Part shown: piece by piece, positions 9,806 to 19,619 of the stretch
Numbering within the stretch: the first letter of the stretch is position 1
Layout of the letters: each line of letters starts with the position of its first letter
From: an uncultured Poribacteria bacterium
Lineage (GTDB): Bacteria; Poribacteria; WGA-4E; WGA-3G
Direction of reading: 5' to 3'
DNA: 64,000 bases
NCBI GenBank assembly: GCA_958296135.2
Contig: CATQHZ020000001.1
Coordinates: 992,001-1,056,000 of the forward strand
Notes under the pieces: model-generated
The model's database searches: none
The model's input: the letters and a program-made list of their open reading frames with translations, nothing else
What the model was told of the DNA's origin: nothing
Translations under genes and position numbers: made by a program

Positions 9806-11620
9806 ATGAAACGACACATCTTAATGCTCTTACTGATACTCGCATTGCCAACGGGCTTCGTGCAGGCGGAATCCGAGTGGACGATTACGAATAAACATCG
9901 CGTTATCCAAGAAGCATCCACGCAAACGAATAACGTGCCTGTCGGCACGAAGGTGGCAGCTCTTGCTGTCAAGACGCTGATGGGGGATACGCTCCAAACG
10001 CAGGGGCCCGTTGCGTTCGTGTTCCTCGCCACGGAATGTCCCGTCGCGCAGCGGTATGCCGTGCGGTTAAATCGCTTGCACGCCGAATTTGGCGAGAATC
10101 AGGTTCATTTTGTTGCGGTGTATCCGAACTCCAACGAATCGGATGAGGCTATAAAAACATACATCGCGAAAGCGGGCTACGCGTTCCCGATTGTGAAGGA
10201 CGCAACAGGACAGTTGGCGCGCCACCTCGGTGCGACGATGACACCGCAAGTTATCGTCGTCGATGCGGATGGGACGCTGCGCTACCGAGGCCCCATTGAT
10301 GATAACCGCTACGAGCCGCGGGTGAAACACCACTATCTGAAGGACGCGCTGGCGGCAGTCGTGAGTGGCGGCACGGTGCCTGTCCGTGAGGCTGCATCGT
10401 TCGGTTGCACGCTGCATATCGCTGAGCCGAGTGTTCCGGAGGCGGTTACTTACAGCGCGCACATCGCGCCGATACTGCAGCGGGAGTGCCAGTCGTGCCA
10501 TCGGCAGGGGGAAGTCGCACCGTTTTCGCTGGTGGATTACAGCGATGCAAAGGCATGGGCGACAGAAATCGCTGAATACACGAAAGCACGGTTGATGCCG
10601 CCGTGGAAACCTGCGGCGGGTTATGGTGACTTCAAAAACGAACGCCGCTTAACTGATACCGAGATTGCAACCATTTCCCGATGGGTTGAAACGGGCGCGC
10701 CTGCTGGCAATCTGGATGCGGTGCCACCTGCGCCGAAGTTTCCGGAAGGCTGGGCCCTCGGCGAACCGGATTGGATTGTCGAGATGCCGGTGGAGTATGA
10801 AATTGAACCGGAAGGCGAGGACGAATATCGCCACTTCATCATCCCCACGAACTTTCAGCAGGATATGTATGTGCAAGCCGTTGACGTGCAACCGGGAAAT
10901 CGGAAGACGGTGCATCACGTCATCGCCTATCTTGATGTGAACGGTGAGGCGCGCCAATTGGATGCGCAAGACGAGAAACCGGGCTATGTGACAGAAGGCA
11001 CGGGCCCCGGCTTTGACGATGCAGGCACGCTTGGCGGCTGGGCACCGGGCGTAACTCCCTCTGTTTTGCCGGAAGGTGTCGGATATCTTTTGCCGAGCGG
11101 CGCGGACATCGTCATGCAGGTGCATTACTACCGCACGGGACACACCGAACGCGACCGGTCGCGCTTGGGCATCTACTTCTCTAAAACACCGGAGACAGCG
11201 AAGCTGCACATCGCCTCGGCGATTAATTCGGAATTTGAGATACCGGCTGGCGCGGGTTGGCACGAAGTGTTGGCCTCGCGGCGCATCAAGACGGATTCCT
11301 ACCTCCTTGCTACAATGCCGCACATGCATCTGCTCGGCCGTGACATGCGCCTCGTCGCTACAACGCCTGAGGGAAACCAGATCGACCTGGTTTGGGTGCA
11401 GGACTGGGATTTCAATTGGCAGGATATTTATCATTACCGCGAACCGCTCTTCTTGCCTGAGGGGACGCAGGTGGAATTAGTCGCGCATTTTGACAATTCT
11501 GCGGGGAACCCCGCGAATCCGCATAGTCCGCCTGTCCCTGTCGGTTGGGGCGAAAAGACGACTGATGAGATGTGCATCGGGTTTATTTACTACGTCAAGG
11601 CGAGTGAGTGGGCCCCGTAG
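9806..11620 (+). CDS. secreted redoxin + cytochrome c + copper monooxygenase-like protein
   Basis: Signal peptide; thioredoxin fold (ECPVA, YRGPIDD); CQSCH heme motif; VHH, HMH and EMC copper ligands. Confidence 0.85.
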   Translation: MKRHILMLLLILALPTGFVQAESEWTITNKHRVIQEASTQTNNVPVGTKVAALAVKTLMGDTLQTQGPVAFVFLATECPVAQRYAVRLNRLHAEFGENQVHFVAVYPNSNESDEAIKTYIAKAGYAFPIVKDATGQLARHLGATMTPQVIVVDADGTLRYRGPIDDNRYEPRVKHHYLKDALAAVVSGGTVPVREAASFGCTLHIAEPSVPEAVTYSAHIAPILQRECQSCHRQGEVAPFSLVDYSDAKAWATEIAEYTKARLMPPWKPAAGYGDFKNERRLTDTEIATISRWVETGAPAGNLDAVPPAPKFPEGWALGEPDWIVEMPVEYEIEPEGEDEYRHFIIPTNFQQDMYVQAVDVQPGNRKTVHHVIAYLDVNGEARQLDAQDEKPGYVTEGTGPGFDDAGTLGGWAPGVTPSVLPEGVGYLLPSGADIVMQVHYYRTGHTERDRSRLGIYFSKTPETAKLHIASAINSEFEIPAGAGWHEVLASRRIKTDSYLLATMPHMHLLGRDMRLVATTPEGNQIDLVWVQDWDFNWQDIYHYREPLFLPEGTQVELVAHFDNSAGNPANPHSPPVPVGWGEKTTDEMCIGFIYYVKASEWAP

Positions 11621-11634
11621 GGGGCCGCCTATCG

Positions 11635-11804
11635 GTATCGGGACAGGGATGTCCCTCCTACATCGGGACAGGGATGTCCCTCCTACATCGGGACAGGGAT
11701 GTCCCTCCTACTGAGGAGACATCGGGATAGGGAGGGGCCGCCTGTATCGGGACAGGGATGTCTCTCCTACTGAGGAGACATCGGGACCGGGAGGTCCCTC
11801 CTAC
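11635..11804 (-). repeat. tandem 25-bp GTAG-REP units
   Basis: ATCGGGACAGGGATGTCCCTCCTAC x3 plus variants; reverse strand reads GTAG-ga-GGGACA-tccc-TGTCCC. Confidence 0.85.
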
Positions 11805-12517
11805 TCAGGTTCAAGCGATGGTTTCTTTCCGAGATAATACACCGCTGATGCGAGAATGTGCGCGTTCGGGTTCCAGAGGAGCATCCAGTCGAGCAACAAT
11901 AATGGGAAGGTAATCCACCCGACAATGAGCGAGATGAATTTGCCGAACACGAGGCTGCCGAAAGAGTAGAGTATCCCGACGTATTCACGGAAGATCCAGT
12001 GCAGGGAGGCAGTCGGGCCGGCGCACGCGCCGCTCTCAACTTCGGCGAAGGCCGCGAAGAGTTCGACGATTCCGGGTAGCGTCCACCGCTGATAATCGTG
12101 CGGTGAGGCGTGATACCCCTGCAGGAAAGGCACTGCGACGCAGACAATTCCTCCCGGTTTCAGCACGCGATACATTTCCGCGACGATGAGGCTTGGGGAG
12201 CGGACATGTTCAAGCACTGCTTCGGAGATGATGGCATCGAAGGAGTCATCTTTGAAAGGTAAGAGGTGTCCATCGGCGACGACATCGACTTGTGCGCCGG
12301 GCTCGATTTCAAGGTTGATGATGTTCGGTGAACGGCGGCGGATGCCGGAGCCGAGGTCGAGGATAGTTGCGTCGTCTTCGCAGTATTCAAGGACTCGGCG
12401 CACACATTTGTTCCAGCGGGGTGCAGGGTAGGGACATCCGATGAAGGGGGCAAGCAGCCGGTTTTGGCGCAATCGGCGTTTGAGCCGCGCGATAAAATCA
12501 GGACGTTGGTAAAGCAT
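11801..12517 (-). CDS. class I SAM-dependent methyltransferase (Methyltransf_11-like)
   Basis: ILDLGSG, LPFKDDSFDAI, VLEHV, RVLKPGG, HASPHDYQRWT. Confidence 0.9.
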   Translation of the reverse strand: MLYQRPDFIARLKRRLRQNRLLAPFIGCPYPAPRWNKCVRRVLEYCEDDATILDLGSGIRRRSPNIINLEIEPGAQVDVVADGHLLPFKDDSFDAIISEAVLEHVRSPSLIVAEMYRVLKPGGIVCVAVPFLQGYHASPHDYQRWTLPGIVELFAAFAEVESGACAGPTASLHWIFREYVGILYSFGSLVFGKFISLIVGWITFPLLLLDWMLLWNPNAHILASAVYYLGKKPSLEPE

Positions 12518-12628
12518 ATCGTTTTTTCATTTTTCTGAATGAGGATGCTAGCGTTTTTACTTTATCATCAAACCTGTCGGCGTTTGCCTTGGAGCGGGCT
12601 GTTCAAGCGGCGGCAAAGCTAGAGAAAT

Positions 12629-13846
12629 ATGAACAACTATCGCGGGCAATTCCGCGCGTTTTACACCTATACGTTGCGCCTCGGTGCAAATGTATGGCAT
12701 CAATTCATTGAGCACAAATGCCTTCAGCAGGCTTCATCGCTGGCTTTCAACACGCTTCTCTGCCTTGTGCCGTTGTCCGCTGTTGCGCTATTTTTGCTAA
12801 AAACCTTCGGTGTTGTTGAGAACGAGGAGTCCCCGCTGATAGCGTCGCTCGGCAATTTTCTTCCGCATTACGGTGCTGAAGAGATTGTATCACGTCTCTC
12901 CGAATTTACCAACAAAAATCTCGGTAGCCTCAGCGTCGGCGGGTTTCTATTCTTCCTGCTGGTTTCAACGATGCTGTTTATGTCGGTTGAGCAGCACTTC
13001 AACGATATATGGGGTGCGCGCCGGCGGCTGCCGTTGCTCCAAGCGTTTCAGAAATATGCCGTTTTTTACACGATACTGTCACTTGGCCCGCTTTTAATCT
13101 GGTTTTTCTTTTCCACTGCGAACAGCTGGCTATTCTCGCACGTATTCCCATGGCTGCTGTTCTACTGCCTCTTTTTGCTGATGTATATCGCGCTGCCGAA
13201 CACATCCGTAGAATGGGGTGCGGCACTCACCGGGGCGTTCATCGCTGGCACGCTGTTCCAAATCGCGCGACTCCCGTTTGGACGCTACTTTGAGTTGGTG
13301 TGGAAGAACTATGACGCAATTTACGGCGCGCTTGCACTCCTGGTTATTCTTGCCATTTGGACATACGCCACCTGGGTTATCATCCTGCTTGGTGCTGAGG
13401 TGACAAACGCGGTTCAGCACTTCGGGAGGCGCGCGCTCCCTAGCGCGATGCCTTCTGATGAGAAGGTTAGTTATATCAACGCAGCCGGTGCTATTGCGCT
13501 GTTCCTCGTGGTAGCTGACCGGTTCCACCGCGGCAAGGGCGCGTGCTCCGCCGATGACATTGTCTCCCTCGCTCGCATCCCGGCAGAAGTGGTAGATGAA
13601 TGTTTCAAACGCTTCAAAGCGGCCGGGCTCATCTATGAAGTTGAGGGTGACACAACCGGCTATCTTCCCGCGCAAGTGCTCAGCGACATTACGCTCGACC
13701 AGGTTGTTGACGTTGTCGAGGGGGGCCTCTCCGAACATTTCACATCAGCAATGCTTGTTGCGCCGGAGGGAACGCGGATATTGCGGGAACTCCAGCGGAT
13801 TCAGGCGGAAACCCTGAAAAACGTCACGGTTGAATCGCTTTTGTGA
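12629..13846 (+). CDS. YihY/BrkB family membrane protein with C-terminal winged-helix domain
   Basis: ASSLAFNTLLCLVP, FNDIWG, YIALPN, YDAIYGALA, LLGAEV. Confidence 0.9.
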   Translation: MNNYRGQFRAFYTYTLRLGANVWHQFIEHKCLQQASSLAFNTLLCLVPLSAVALFLLKTFGVVENEESPLIASLGNFLPHYGAEEIVSRLSEFTNKNLGSLSVGGFLFFLLVSTMLFMSVEQHFNDIWGARRRLPLLQAFQKYAVFYTILSLGPLLIWFFFSTANSWLFSHVFPWLLFYCLFLLMYIALPNTSVEWGAALTGAFIAGTLFQIARLPFGRYFELVWKNYDAIYGALALLVILAIWTYATWVIILLGAEVTNAVQHFGRRALPSAMPSDEKVSYINAAGAIALFLVVADRFHRGKGACSADDIVSLARIPAEVVDECFKRFKAAGLIYEVEGDTTGYLPAQVLSDITLDQVVDVVEGGLSEHFTSAMLVAPEGTRILRELQRIQAETLKNVTVESLL

Positions 13847-13868
13847 TAGAGGCGGTAGCAGTTATGTC

Positions 13869-14123
13869 TTAATAGACATTGCTACGGTGTCGAATTCGGG
13901 AGACTTCAATCGACTGAGTTTGCGTGTCAAAGGTATAGAGAATTCGGTAATCGCCTACCGCCACCCTGAACTTCCCTTTGTGTTTCCCTTTCAGTGCCAC
14001 ATGCTTCATCTTATCACATTGTTTGCGTAACCGCTCAAATTTCTGGCGGATTCGTTTGCGAACCGTGGCATCCAAACGCCACAGATCGGCTTGCGCGGGT
14101 GAGGTTAACTTCAACGTATACAC
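13869..14123 (-). CDS. relE: RelE/ParE family type II toxin
   Basis: LKGKHKGKFRVAVGDYRILY...IRHRSNVY; overlaps upstream antitoxin stop. Confidence 0.85.
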   Translation of the reverse strand: MYTLKLTSPAQADLWRLDATVRKRIRQKFERLRKQCDKMKHVALKGKHKGKFRVAVGDYRILYTFDTQTQSIEVSRIRHRSNVY

Positions 14124-14821
14124 GCCGACTCTCTCTCAAGCGCTTTGAAAGCCTCGTCAAGCGTCCACATCTTGCCGCCGGATTTGATGTATGCGTCACC
14201 CTGGTCCAGTTCCTCGACGAACTCTGGGCGCAGCTCTAGTCCTTCATCCGGGTCATAGTGGTAATTCTCTAGTGCGAGTTCAAACAACTCGTAGGCGACA
14301 AAAAATTCGCGAAAAGCGGCATCTAACGTTTTGCAAGGAGCGTCTTGTTTCAGCAGTGCGGCGAGCCGTGCGCGCGAAATGAAGAGTTCCTGCGTGACGA
14401 GACTACGGAGCAGTGCGCAGAATTCGCCTGGTGCCAACGCCGAGATCTTCTGTTGCGGCATGGTATCGCTGTTGAGGTAAGTGCCCATGCGTCTGAAGAT
14501 GCGTTGCTTGCGCGTTGTCTTCCGGTTCGCGTGGATATAGTCGCGGTGCCGCCTCAGCTTTTTGGCGAGTGGTGTGTGCGGTTCTAGTCCTTCCCCCGGG
14601 TCTTCCTCGTATTCCTCAAGCGACAAGGCAAGTTCTTGATATCCACAGAAAAATTCACGGAAGGCTTTCTCCAACTTCGCTGTGTTCTTCGGTGAGGGAG
14701 GCTCGCTCATCAAAGTGATGAGTTTCTCTCGCCTTATGAAGATTGGCGCGTTCACGAGTGTCGGTAAAAATTGGCGAAATTCCTCAGGCGACATGTTTGC
14801 AATATCCGTTGCTTTTTCCAT
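14111..14821 (-). CDS. putative antitoxin with internal duplication
   Basis: Coupled upstream of RelE; C-terminal DPDEGLELRPEFVEEL...WTLDEAF antitoxin-like motif. Confidence 0.65.
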   Translation of the reverse strand: MEKATDIANMSPEEFRQFLPTLVNAPIFIRREKLITLMSEPPSPKNTAKLEKAFREFFCGYQELALSLEEYEEDPGEGLEPHTPLAKKLRRHRDYIHANRKTTRKQRIFRRMGTYLNSDTMPQQKISALAPGEFCALLRSLVTQELFISRARLAALLKQDAPCKTLDAAFREFFVAYELFELALENYHYDPDEGLELRPEFVEELDQGDAYIKSGGKMWTLDEAFKALERESACIR

Positions 14822-14837
14822 GCGGGGCTCCTCATTA

Positions 14838-14877
14838 AGAAAAAGGGCAGGCAGCGAGGGGGGCCTGCCCTTCCTAC
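14838..14877 (-). terminator. intrinsic terminator downstream of rpsU-dsRBD
   Basis: Minus strand: GTAG-G-AAGGGCAGGC...GCCTGCCCTT followed by a T run. Confidence 0.65.
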
Positions 14878-14885
14878 AGAAAACG

Positions 14886-15410
14886 TTAGATAAACGTCAT
14901 CTCGTCTTGTTCTGCCTTCTCAACGAGCTCTCGGACAATGTGGAGCGTCAATCGGGCCAATTTCTGCGAGAATTCTGCATCGGTGAGGGTGCGGTATCGC
15001 GTTGGTTGCGATGCTGTCAACCGTTCGTTCGCGATGATCAGCGCGCTTGAGACGATGTCAATCGGCACTTCAATCGCCCGCAATTCAGCGGCGACCGGCG
15101 GTGTTGGCGTGGTTGCTGCGGGTGCTTGCTCGGCCACTTCGCCGGCCAAAAAGCGTTCGCGCCGCGAGTCGATCTCGGACAATATCTGCTTGGATGCGAG
15201 TTGGTGCGCGAACTTTTTGGAGCCAGGGACGGGTTCCGGTGTCTCATGCGTGCAGTCTCCGTAACGGACGGTGACGTGCCAGCTGGGTGCGTCCGGTGGC
15301 CCGTGCTGCGTTTCGGTATAGATAGGCTGGCTTAACCCGCGTTCTTGGCAGTACTGGATGAGTCGCCCTTTGTAGTTTTCTACCGCTTCATCCGTATGCA
15401 GTGCTGTCAT
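14886..15410 (-). CDS. double-stranded RNA-binding domain protein
   Basis: NYKGRLIQYCQ..L.QPIY....GPPDAPSW.VTV....GSKKFAHQLASKQIL matches the dsRBD pattern; RBS GAGGAGG. Confidence 0.75.
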   Translation of the reverse strand: MTALHTDEAVENYKGRLIQYCQERGLSQPIYTETQHGPPDAPSWHVTVRYGDCTHETPEPVPGSKKFAHQLASKQILSEIDSRRERFLAGEVAEQAPAATTPTPPVAAELRAIEVPIDIVSSALIIANERLTASQPTRYRTLTDAEFSQKLARLTLHIVRELVEKAEQDEMTFI

Positions 15411-15431
15411 GATGTGCCTCCTCGTGCCGGG

Positions 15432-15656
15432 TTAACGGCCGCCGTTGTTGTAGCGTGGCCGGTATTCCACCGTGCGCGGTTTGACTTTCCGCTGCCGTTT
15501 CATCTCAATTCTGCGCCGTTTCTCGCTGGGCTTTTCATAAAAGCTGCGTTTTTTAATTTCTGTGACGATGCCGGCTTTCCCGCACATCTTCTTAAAACGT
15601 GCGAGGGCGCGGTCGAACGCTTCACCGGAATCCACGTTAACTTCTACTTGAACCAT
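15432..15656 (-). CDS. rpsU: 30S ribosomal protein S21
   Basis: FDRALARFKKMCGKAGIVTEIKKRSFYEKPSEKRR; RBS GGAGG before ATG15656. Confidence 0.95.
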   Translation of the reverse strand: MVQVEVNVDSGEAFDRALARFKKMCGKAGIVTEIKKRSFYEKPSEKRRRIEMKRQRKVKPRTVEYRPRYNNGGR

Positions 15657-15692
15657 TTGAAAGTTCCTCCGTAATAGAAAATAGTTATGCAT

Positions 15693-15721
15693 ATTATACC
15701 ACATTTCAATCCGAATGTCAA
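15693..15721 (-). promoter_or_regulatory. rpsU sigma70 promoter
   Basis: Minus strand TTGACA-N17-TATAAT. Confidence 0.75.
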
Positions 15722-15746
15722 ATCTTTTTTCTTTCGGCGCGAGCGT

Positions 15747-15775
15747 TTGACAATTCCTCCGAGGGCTGCTATATT
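15747..15775 (+). promoter_or_regulatory. promoter for TauE gene, divergent from rpsU
   Basis: TTGACA-N17-TATATT. Confidence 0.65.
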
Positions 15776-15797
15776 CATTGCAAGAGGAGGCACCCCT

Positions 15798-16556
15798 ATT
15801 TTTGAAGTGATTATCTTATGTTTCGGCGCGTGGCTCACCGGCGTGAGCAAGGCGGGCTTCGGCGGTGGCATCGGGATGATTGTCGTTCCGATGTTCACGC
15901 ACTTTCGGTCAGCGCGCAATGTCGTTGGCTTGATGCTCCTGCTGCTATTTTCAACGGATGTTTTCTCGCTGCGGCACTATTGGAAGCGGTGGCATCGGCA
16001 GAGCATCTGGCGGTTGATACCGGGCTCTATCGTTGGCATCGCCCTGGCAAGCCTGATTTTAAAGGATATTTCTGACGTTCAGTTGAAGAAGGCGATCGGC
16101 GGCATCGCCTGTCTGTTCGCGCTGTTAGAATTGTTGCGTCCCTATTGGCAGCCCCGAATCGCGAGAGGGAAGTCGCGCTCGGTATACGGCTATTACTCAT
16201 TCAACGCGTGGCAGGGATTTTTCGCAGGCGTGCTCACCGGTATCTTCACGACGCTCGCGCACATGGGTGGGCTTGTCGTCGTCATGTATCTGCTGCCGCA
16301 ACGCTTAGGCAATACTACCTTTGTGGCGACGACAACGGCTATCTACTTCTTGCTGAACTTCGTCAAAATCCCGTTTTACGCGCGGCTGGAGCTCTTCTCT
16401 TTTGAAATTCTGGTTGAGGCGGTTGCTTTGCTGCCGTTCATCGGGCTCGGCGTGCTGACAGGGATCTCGCTTAACAATCGCGTGCCGGAGCGGCTTTTCT
16501 CTAGAATCGTCCTCGGATTCCTGCTGGCAACTGGGGTGCATTTGGTGTTGGCATGA
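15798..16556 (+). CDS. sulfite exporter TauE/SafE family protein
   Basis: GVSKAGFGGG, LAHMGG, LLNFVKIPFY, about 8 TM; start uncertain (ATT15798 or GTG15807). Confidence 0.85.
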   Translation: MFEVIILCFGAWLTGVSKAGFGGGIGMIVVPMFTHFRSARNVVGLMLLLLFSTDVFSLRHYWKRWHRQSIWRLIPGSIVGIALASLILKDISDVQLKKAIGGIACLFALLELLRPYWQPRIARGKSRSVYGYYSFNAWQGFFAGVLTGIFTTLAHMGGLVVVMYLLPQRLGNTTFVATTTAIYFLLNFVKIPFYARLELFSFEILVEAVALLPFIGLGVLTGISLNNRVPERLFSRIVLGFLLATGVHLVLA

Positions 16557-16599
16557 TACGCAATGCACCGCTTGCCTTTGGCCCGTCGGGACGCGGGAG

Positions 16600-17310
16600 G
16601 AGAGTTGAGACCAGGAGGTGGGAACGGATGAAGGGCCCTTTCAATCGTAGCGCGAGGGAAAACCCGGCGATTCGTGCTCGCCGGGCCCTCGCCCTACGGA
16701 CTAAGGCGCATTTTCACCATCGCGCGAAAGAGGCCCTTATTAACCGTAGCGCGAGGGCCTGTCCCTCGCGATCCTTCGATCCCTCAAAACGGCCCCTTTC
16801 ACCGTCGGCCCCTTTTCACCGTAGCGCGAGGGCCTGTCCCTCGCGATCCTTCGATCCCTCAAAACGGCCCCTTTCACCGTCGGCCCCTTTTCACCGTAGC
16901 GCGAGGGAAAACTTGTTCCTCGCGAACCCTCTCGCTAGACCGATGCCTGGCGCGGCACAGTGGACATCTCTGCAGCGAGGCTGCAGAGATGACAAAGTTT
17001 CGGCGTGACGGCCCTCGCCCTACGGACGAAGGGGCTTTTTTACTGATGCCTGGCGCGGCACAGGCCCGCGCCCTACGGACTAAGGCCCCTTTTCACCGTA
17101 GCGCGAGGGCCTGTCCCTCGCGATCGTTCGCCGACACGAAAACCGCCCGAAGCCCCGGCTTTTCTGTGCAGGTCGCGGCATTGCGAGGGGAACCCTCGGC
17201 GATTCGTGATCGCCGGGCCCTCGCCCTACGGTAGAAGGGGCCTTTTTACCGATGCATGGCGAGGGACAGGCCTGCGCCCTATCGAGACGCGGGAGGGCGC
17301 ACCTACAAGC
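16600..17310. repeat. GTAG-REP mosaic cluster
   Basis: Many ACCGTAGCGCGAGGGCCTGTCCCTCGCG copies; 75-bp tandem duplication near 16743-16905. Confidence 0.85.
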
Positions 17311-17411
17311 GCGCATAACAAAATTCTCGCTTGCGAAATACTCGCAAATCGTGTAGACTTGCACAAAATTAGGACTGAATAAATACCAGAAGAAAAGAGG
17401 ATTTGAAACGA

Positions 17412-18401
17412 ATGAACTTAAAATGGGGTGTGCTCGGTGCGGGGAGCGTTGCACAACGCCGGGCAATGCCTGCTATCCAAAAAGCCGAAGGCGCAGAATT
17501 ACACGCGCTCCTCTCTCGCGATGCTAACCGCGCAAAACAACTCGCTGCTGACTACGGCGCAGCCGCCGCCTATACCACCGTTGACGCGCTCTTGGCAGAT
17601 GATGCGCTGGACGCGATTTACGTCTCAACGCCTGTCTATCTGCATTGCGAGCAGGTTATCGCCGCGGCGGAGCGTGGTTTACACGTGTTGTGCGATAAAC
17701 CGATGGCACTCACGCCGCAGGAATGCACGCGGATGATTGCCGCCTGCGAAGCTAACGGCGTGCAGTTACAGGTGTGCTTCCTCTTTCGGTTCCACTCCTG
17801 CTTCCAGCAAATCCATGCGTGGGTAAACGAGGGACGTTTAGGCCAGATAGTTCATGGCAGAGTGCCGTTTTTGAAGCAGTATCGGCTGACTGCAGATGAA
17901 TGGCGCGCGCAGCCGGAAAAAGGCGGCGGGGGTTGCTTCATGGATTTGGGCGCACACAGCGTCGATTTGCTCCGTTACCTCATCGGTGAGGTGGCGGCAG
18001 TCAGCGCGTTCTGCAACAGCGCGATGCATCACTACGCTGTTGAGGATACGGGCGGCATCCTGATGCGCTTCGCGAACGGCGCGCAGGCGTTCACCGACCT
18101 CAGTTTCTCTGTCGCGCACTGCGACATCGTGCTGGAGCTCTACGGCACGGAAGGCACCGTCTGGGTGGACAACGATGATGGTTGGAAGATCCGCACCTAT
18201 CTTGATGGCGAGCCTGGGCGCATCGCCTCGCAGTACGAAGACCTTTATCAGCATCAGTTTGAGCATTTTGCGGCGTGCGTGCATCGCGGTGTCTCACCGA
18301 TTGTTAGCGGGCTTGATGGGTTAAGGACAAACGAGATTTTAGCGGCGGCGTATCGCTCGGCGGAGACAGGAGAGGTTGTGCAATGCGCGCCGGCTCATTA
18401 G
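17412..18401 (+). CDS. Gfo/Idh/MocA family oxidoreductase
   Basis: GVLGAGSVA, STPVYLH, HVLCDKP, GGGCFMDLGAH. Confidence 0.9.
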   Translation: MNLKWGVLGAGSVAQRRAMPAIQKAEGAELHALLSRDANRAKQLAADYGAAAAYTTVDALLADDALDAIYVSTPVYLHCEQVIAAAERGLHVLCDKPMALTPQECTRMIAACEANGVQLQVCFLFRFHSCFQQIHAWVNEGRLGQIVHGRVPFLKQYRLTADEWRAQPEKGGGGCFMDLGAHSVDLLRYLIGEVAAVSAFCNSAMHHYAVEDTGGILMRFANGAQAFTDLSFSVAHCDIVLELYGTEGTVWVDNDDGWKIRTYLDGEPGRIASQYEDLYQHQFEHFAACVHRGVSPIVSGLDGLRTNEILAAAYRSAETGEVVQCAPAH

Positions 18402-18414
18402 CGCGAAGAATGTG

Positions 18415-19425
18415 GGGCGGGGGACAGGGCCGATGGCCGCCGTAGGGCGCGGTCTTGTGCCGCGCCGTGCTTCGGTCTAGCGAGGAGGGTTCGCGAGGGC
18501 CTGTCTCGCGCTACGGTGAAAGGGGCCTCTTTCGCGCTACGGTAAATGCTCCTTAGTCCGTAGGGCGAGGGCCTGTCCCTCGCCATGCTTCGGTCTAGCG
18601 AGAGGGTTCGCGAGGGACAAGTTTTCCCGCGCGCGAGGGTGAAAGGGGGCCTTTCTTGTCGGTCGAGAGATCGCGGCGGACAGGCCGCCGCGCTACGGTG
18701 AAAAGGGGCCGACGGTGAAAAGGGCACCTTAGTCCGTAGGGCGCGGTCCTGTGCCGCGCCATGCTTCGGTCTAGCGAGAGGGTTCGCGAGGAACAGGTTT
18801 TCCCGCGCGCGAGGGTGAAAGGGGGCCTTTCTTGTCGGTCGAGAGATCGCGAGGGGAACCCTCGGCGATTAGTGATCGCCGGGCCCTCGCGCTACGATGA
18901 AAGGGGCCGTTTTGAGGGATCGAGAGATCGCGAGGGACAGGCCCTCGCGCTACGGTGAAAAGGGGCCGACGGTGAAGAGGCCCCCTTAGTCCGTAGGGCG
19001 CGGTCCTGTGCCGCGCCATGCATCGGTCTATCAAGGAGGATCGCGAGGGACAGGTCCCGAACATCGAGACCGGGAGGTCTCTCCTACCGGGGACAGGTTT
19101 TCCCTCGCGCGACGGTGATAAGGGGCCGTCGGTGAAAAGGGCTTCTTAGTCCGTAGGGCGCGGTCCTGTGCTGCGCCATGCATCGGTCAATCGAGAGGGT
19201 TCGCGAGGGACAGGTTTTCCCGCGCGCGAGGGTGAAAGGGGGCCTTTCTTATCGGTCGAGAGATCGCGAGGGGAACCCTCGGCGATTAGTGATCGCCGGG
19301 CCCTCGCGCTACGGTGAAAAGGGGCCGTAGGTGAAAATGCCCTTAGTCCGTAGGGCGCGGTCCTGTGCCGCGCCAGGCATCGGTGAAAAGGGGCCTCTTT
19401 CGCGCGAGGGTTAAAAGGGCCGCTC
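18415..19425. repeat. ~1-kb GTAG-REP mosaic cluster
   Basis: Alternating GTAGGGCGCGGTCCTGTGCCGCGCC and CGCGAGGG..CCCTCGCGCTAC units. Confidence 0.9.
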
Positions 19426-19451
19426 TGGACCTGGATGCTGTAACCTAAACC

Positions 19452-19605
19452 TTGACAAAAACGTTAAAAAATGATAGCATCTAAAAGAATTCGCAATTTT
19501 AATTTGACAAAAACGCGAAAATATGGTATATTATATAGATATGCTCATTATTGCGCGTTAAAATCACATTTTTAAGTTGACAAGCGCGCAAAAATGTGGT
19601 ATACT
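19452..19605 (+). promoter_or_regulatory. three tandem sigma70 promoters
   Basis: TTGACA-N17-TAGCAT (19452), TTGACA-N17-TATATT (19504), TTGACA-N17-TATACT (19577), each with TG extended -10. Confidence 0.8.
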
Positions 19606-19619
19606 ATTTATGTCATTGA

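Noticed and set aside
11635-11804. CRISPR array
   Set aside because: 25-bp units abut or have short identical linkers; no unique spacers and no cas genes; units are GTAG-REPs
16157-16190. Fourth intragenic REP in the TauE gene (ATCGCGAGAGGGAAGTCGCG)
   Set aside because: Resembles a REP class but lacks the GTAG/CTAC end; too degenerate to call
16553-17466. Short ORFs across the REP cluster
   Set aside because: Repeat-derived and open in several frames; the same applies at 4059-4767, 9048-9817, 18398-19064 and 28971-29286
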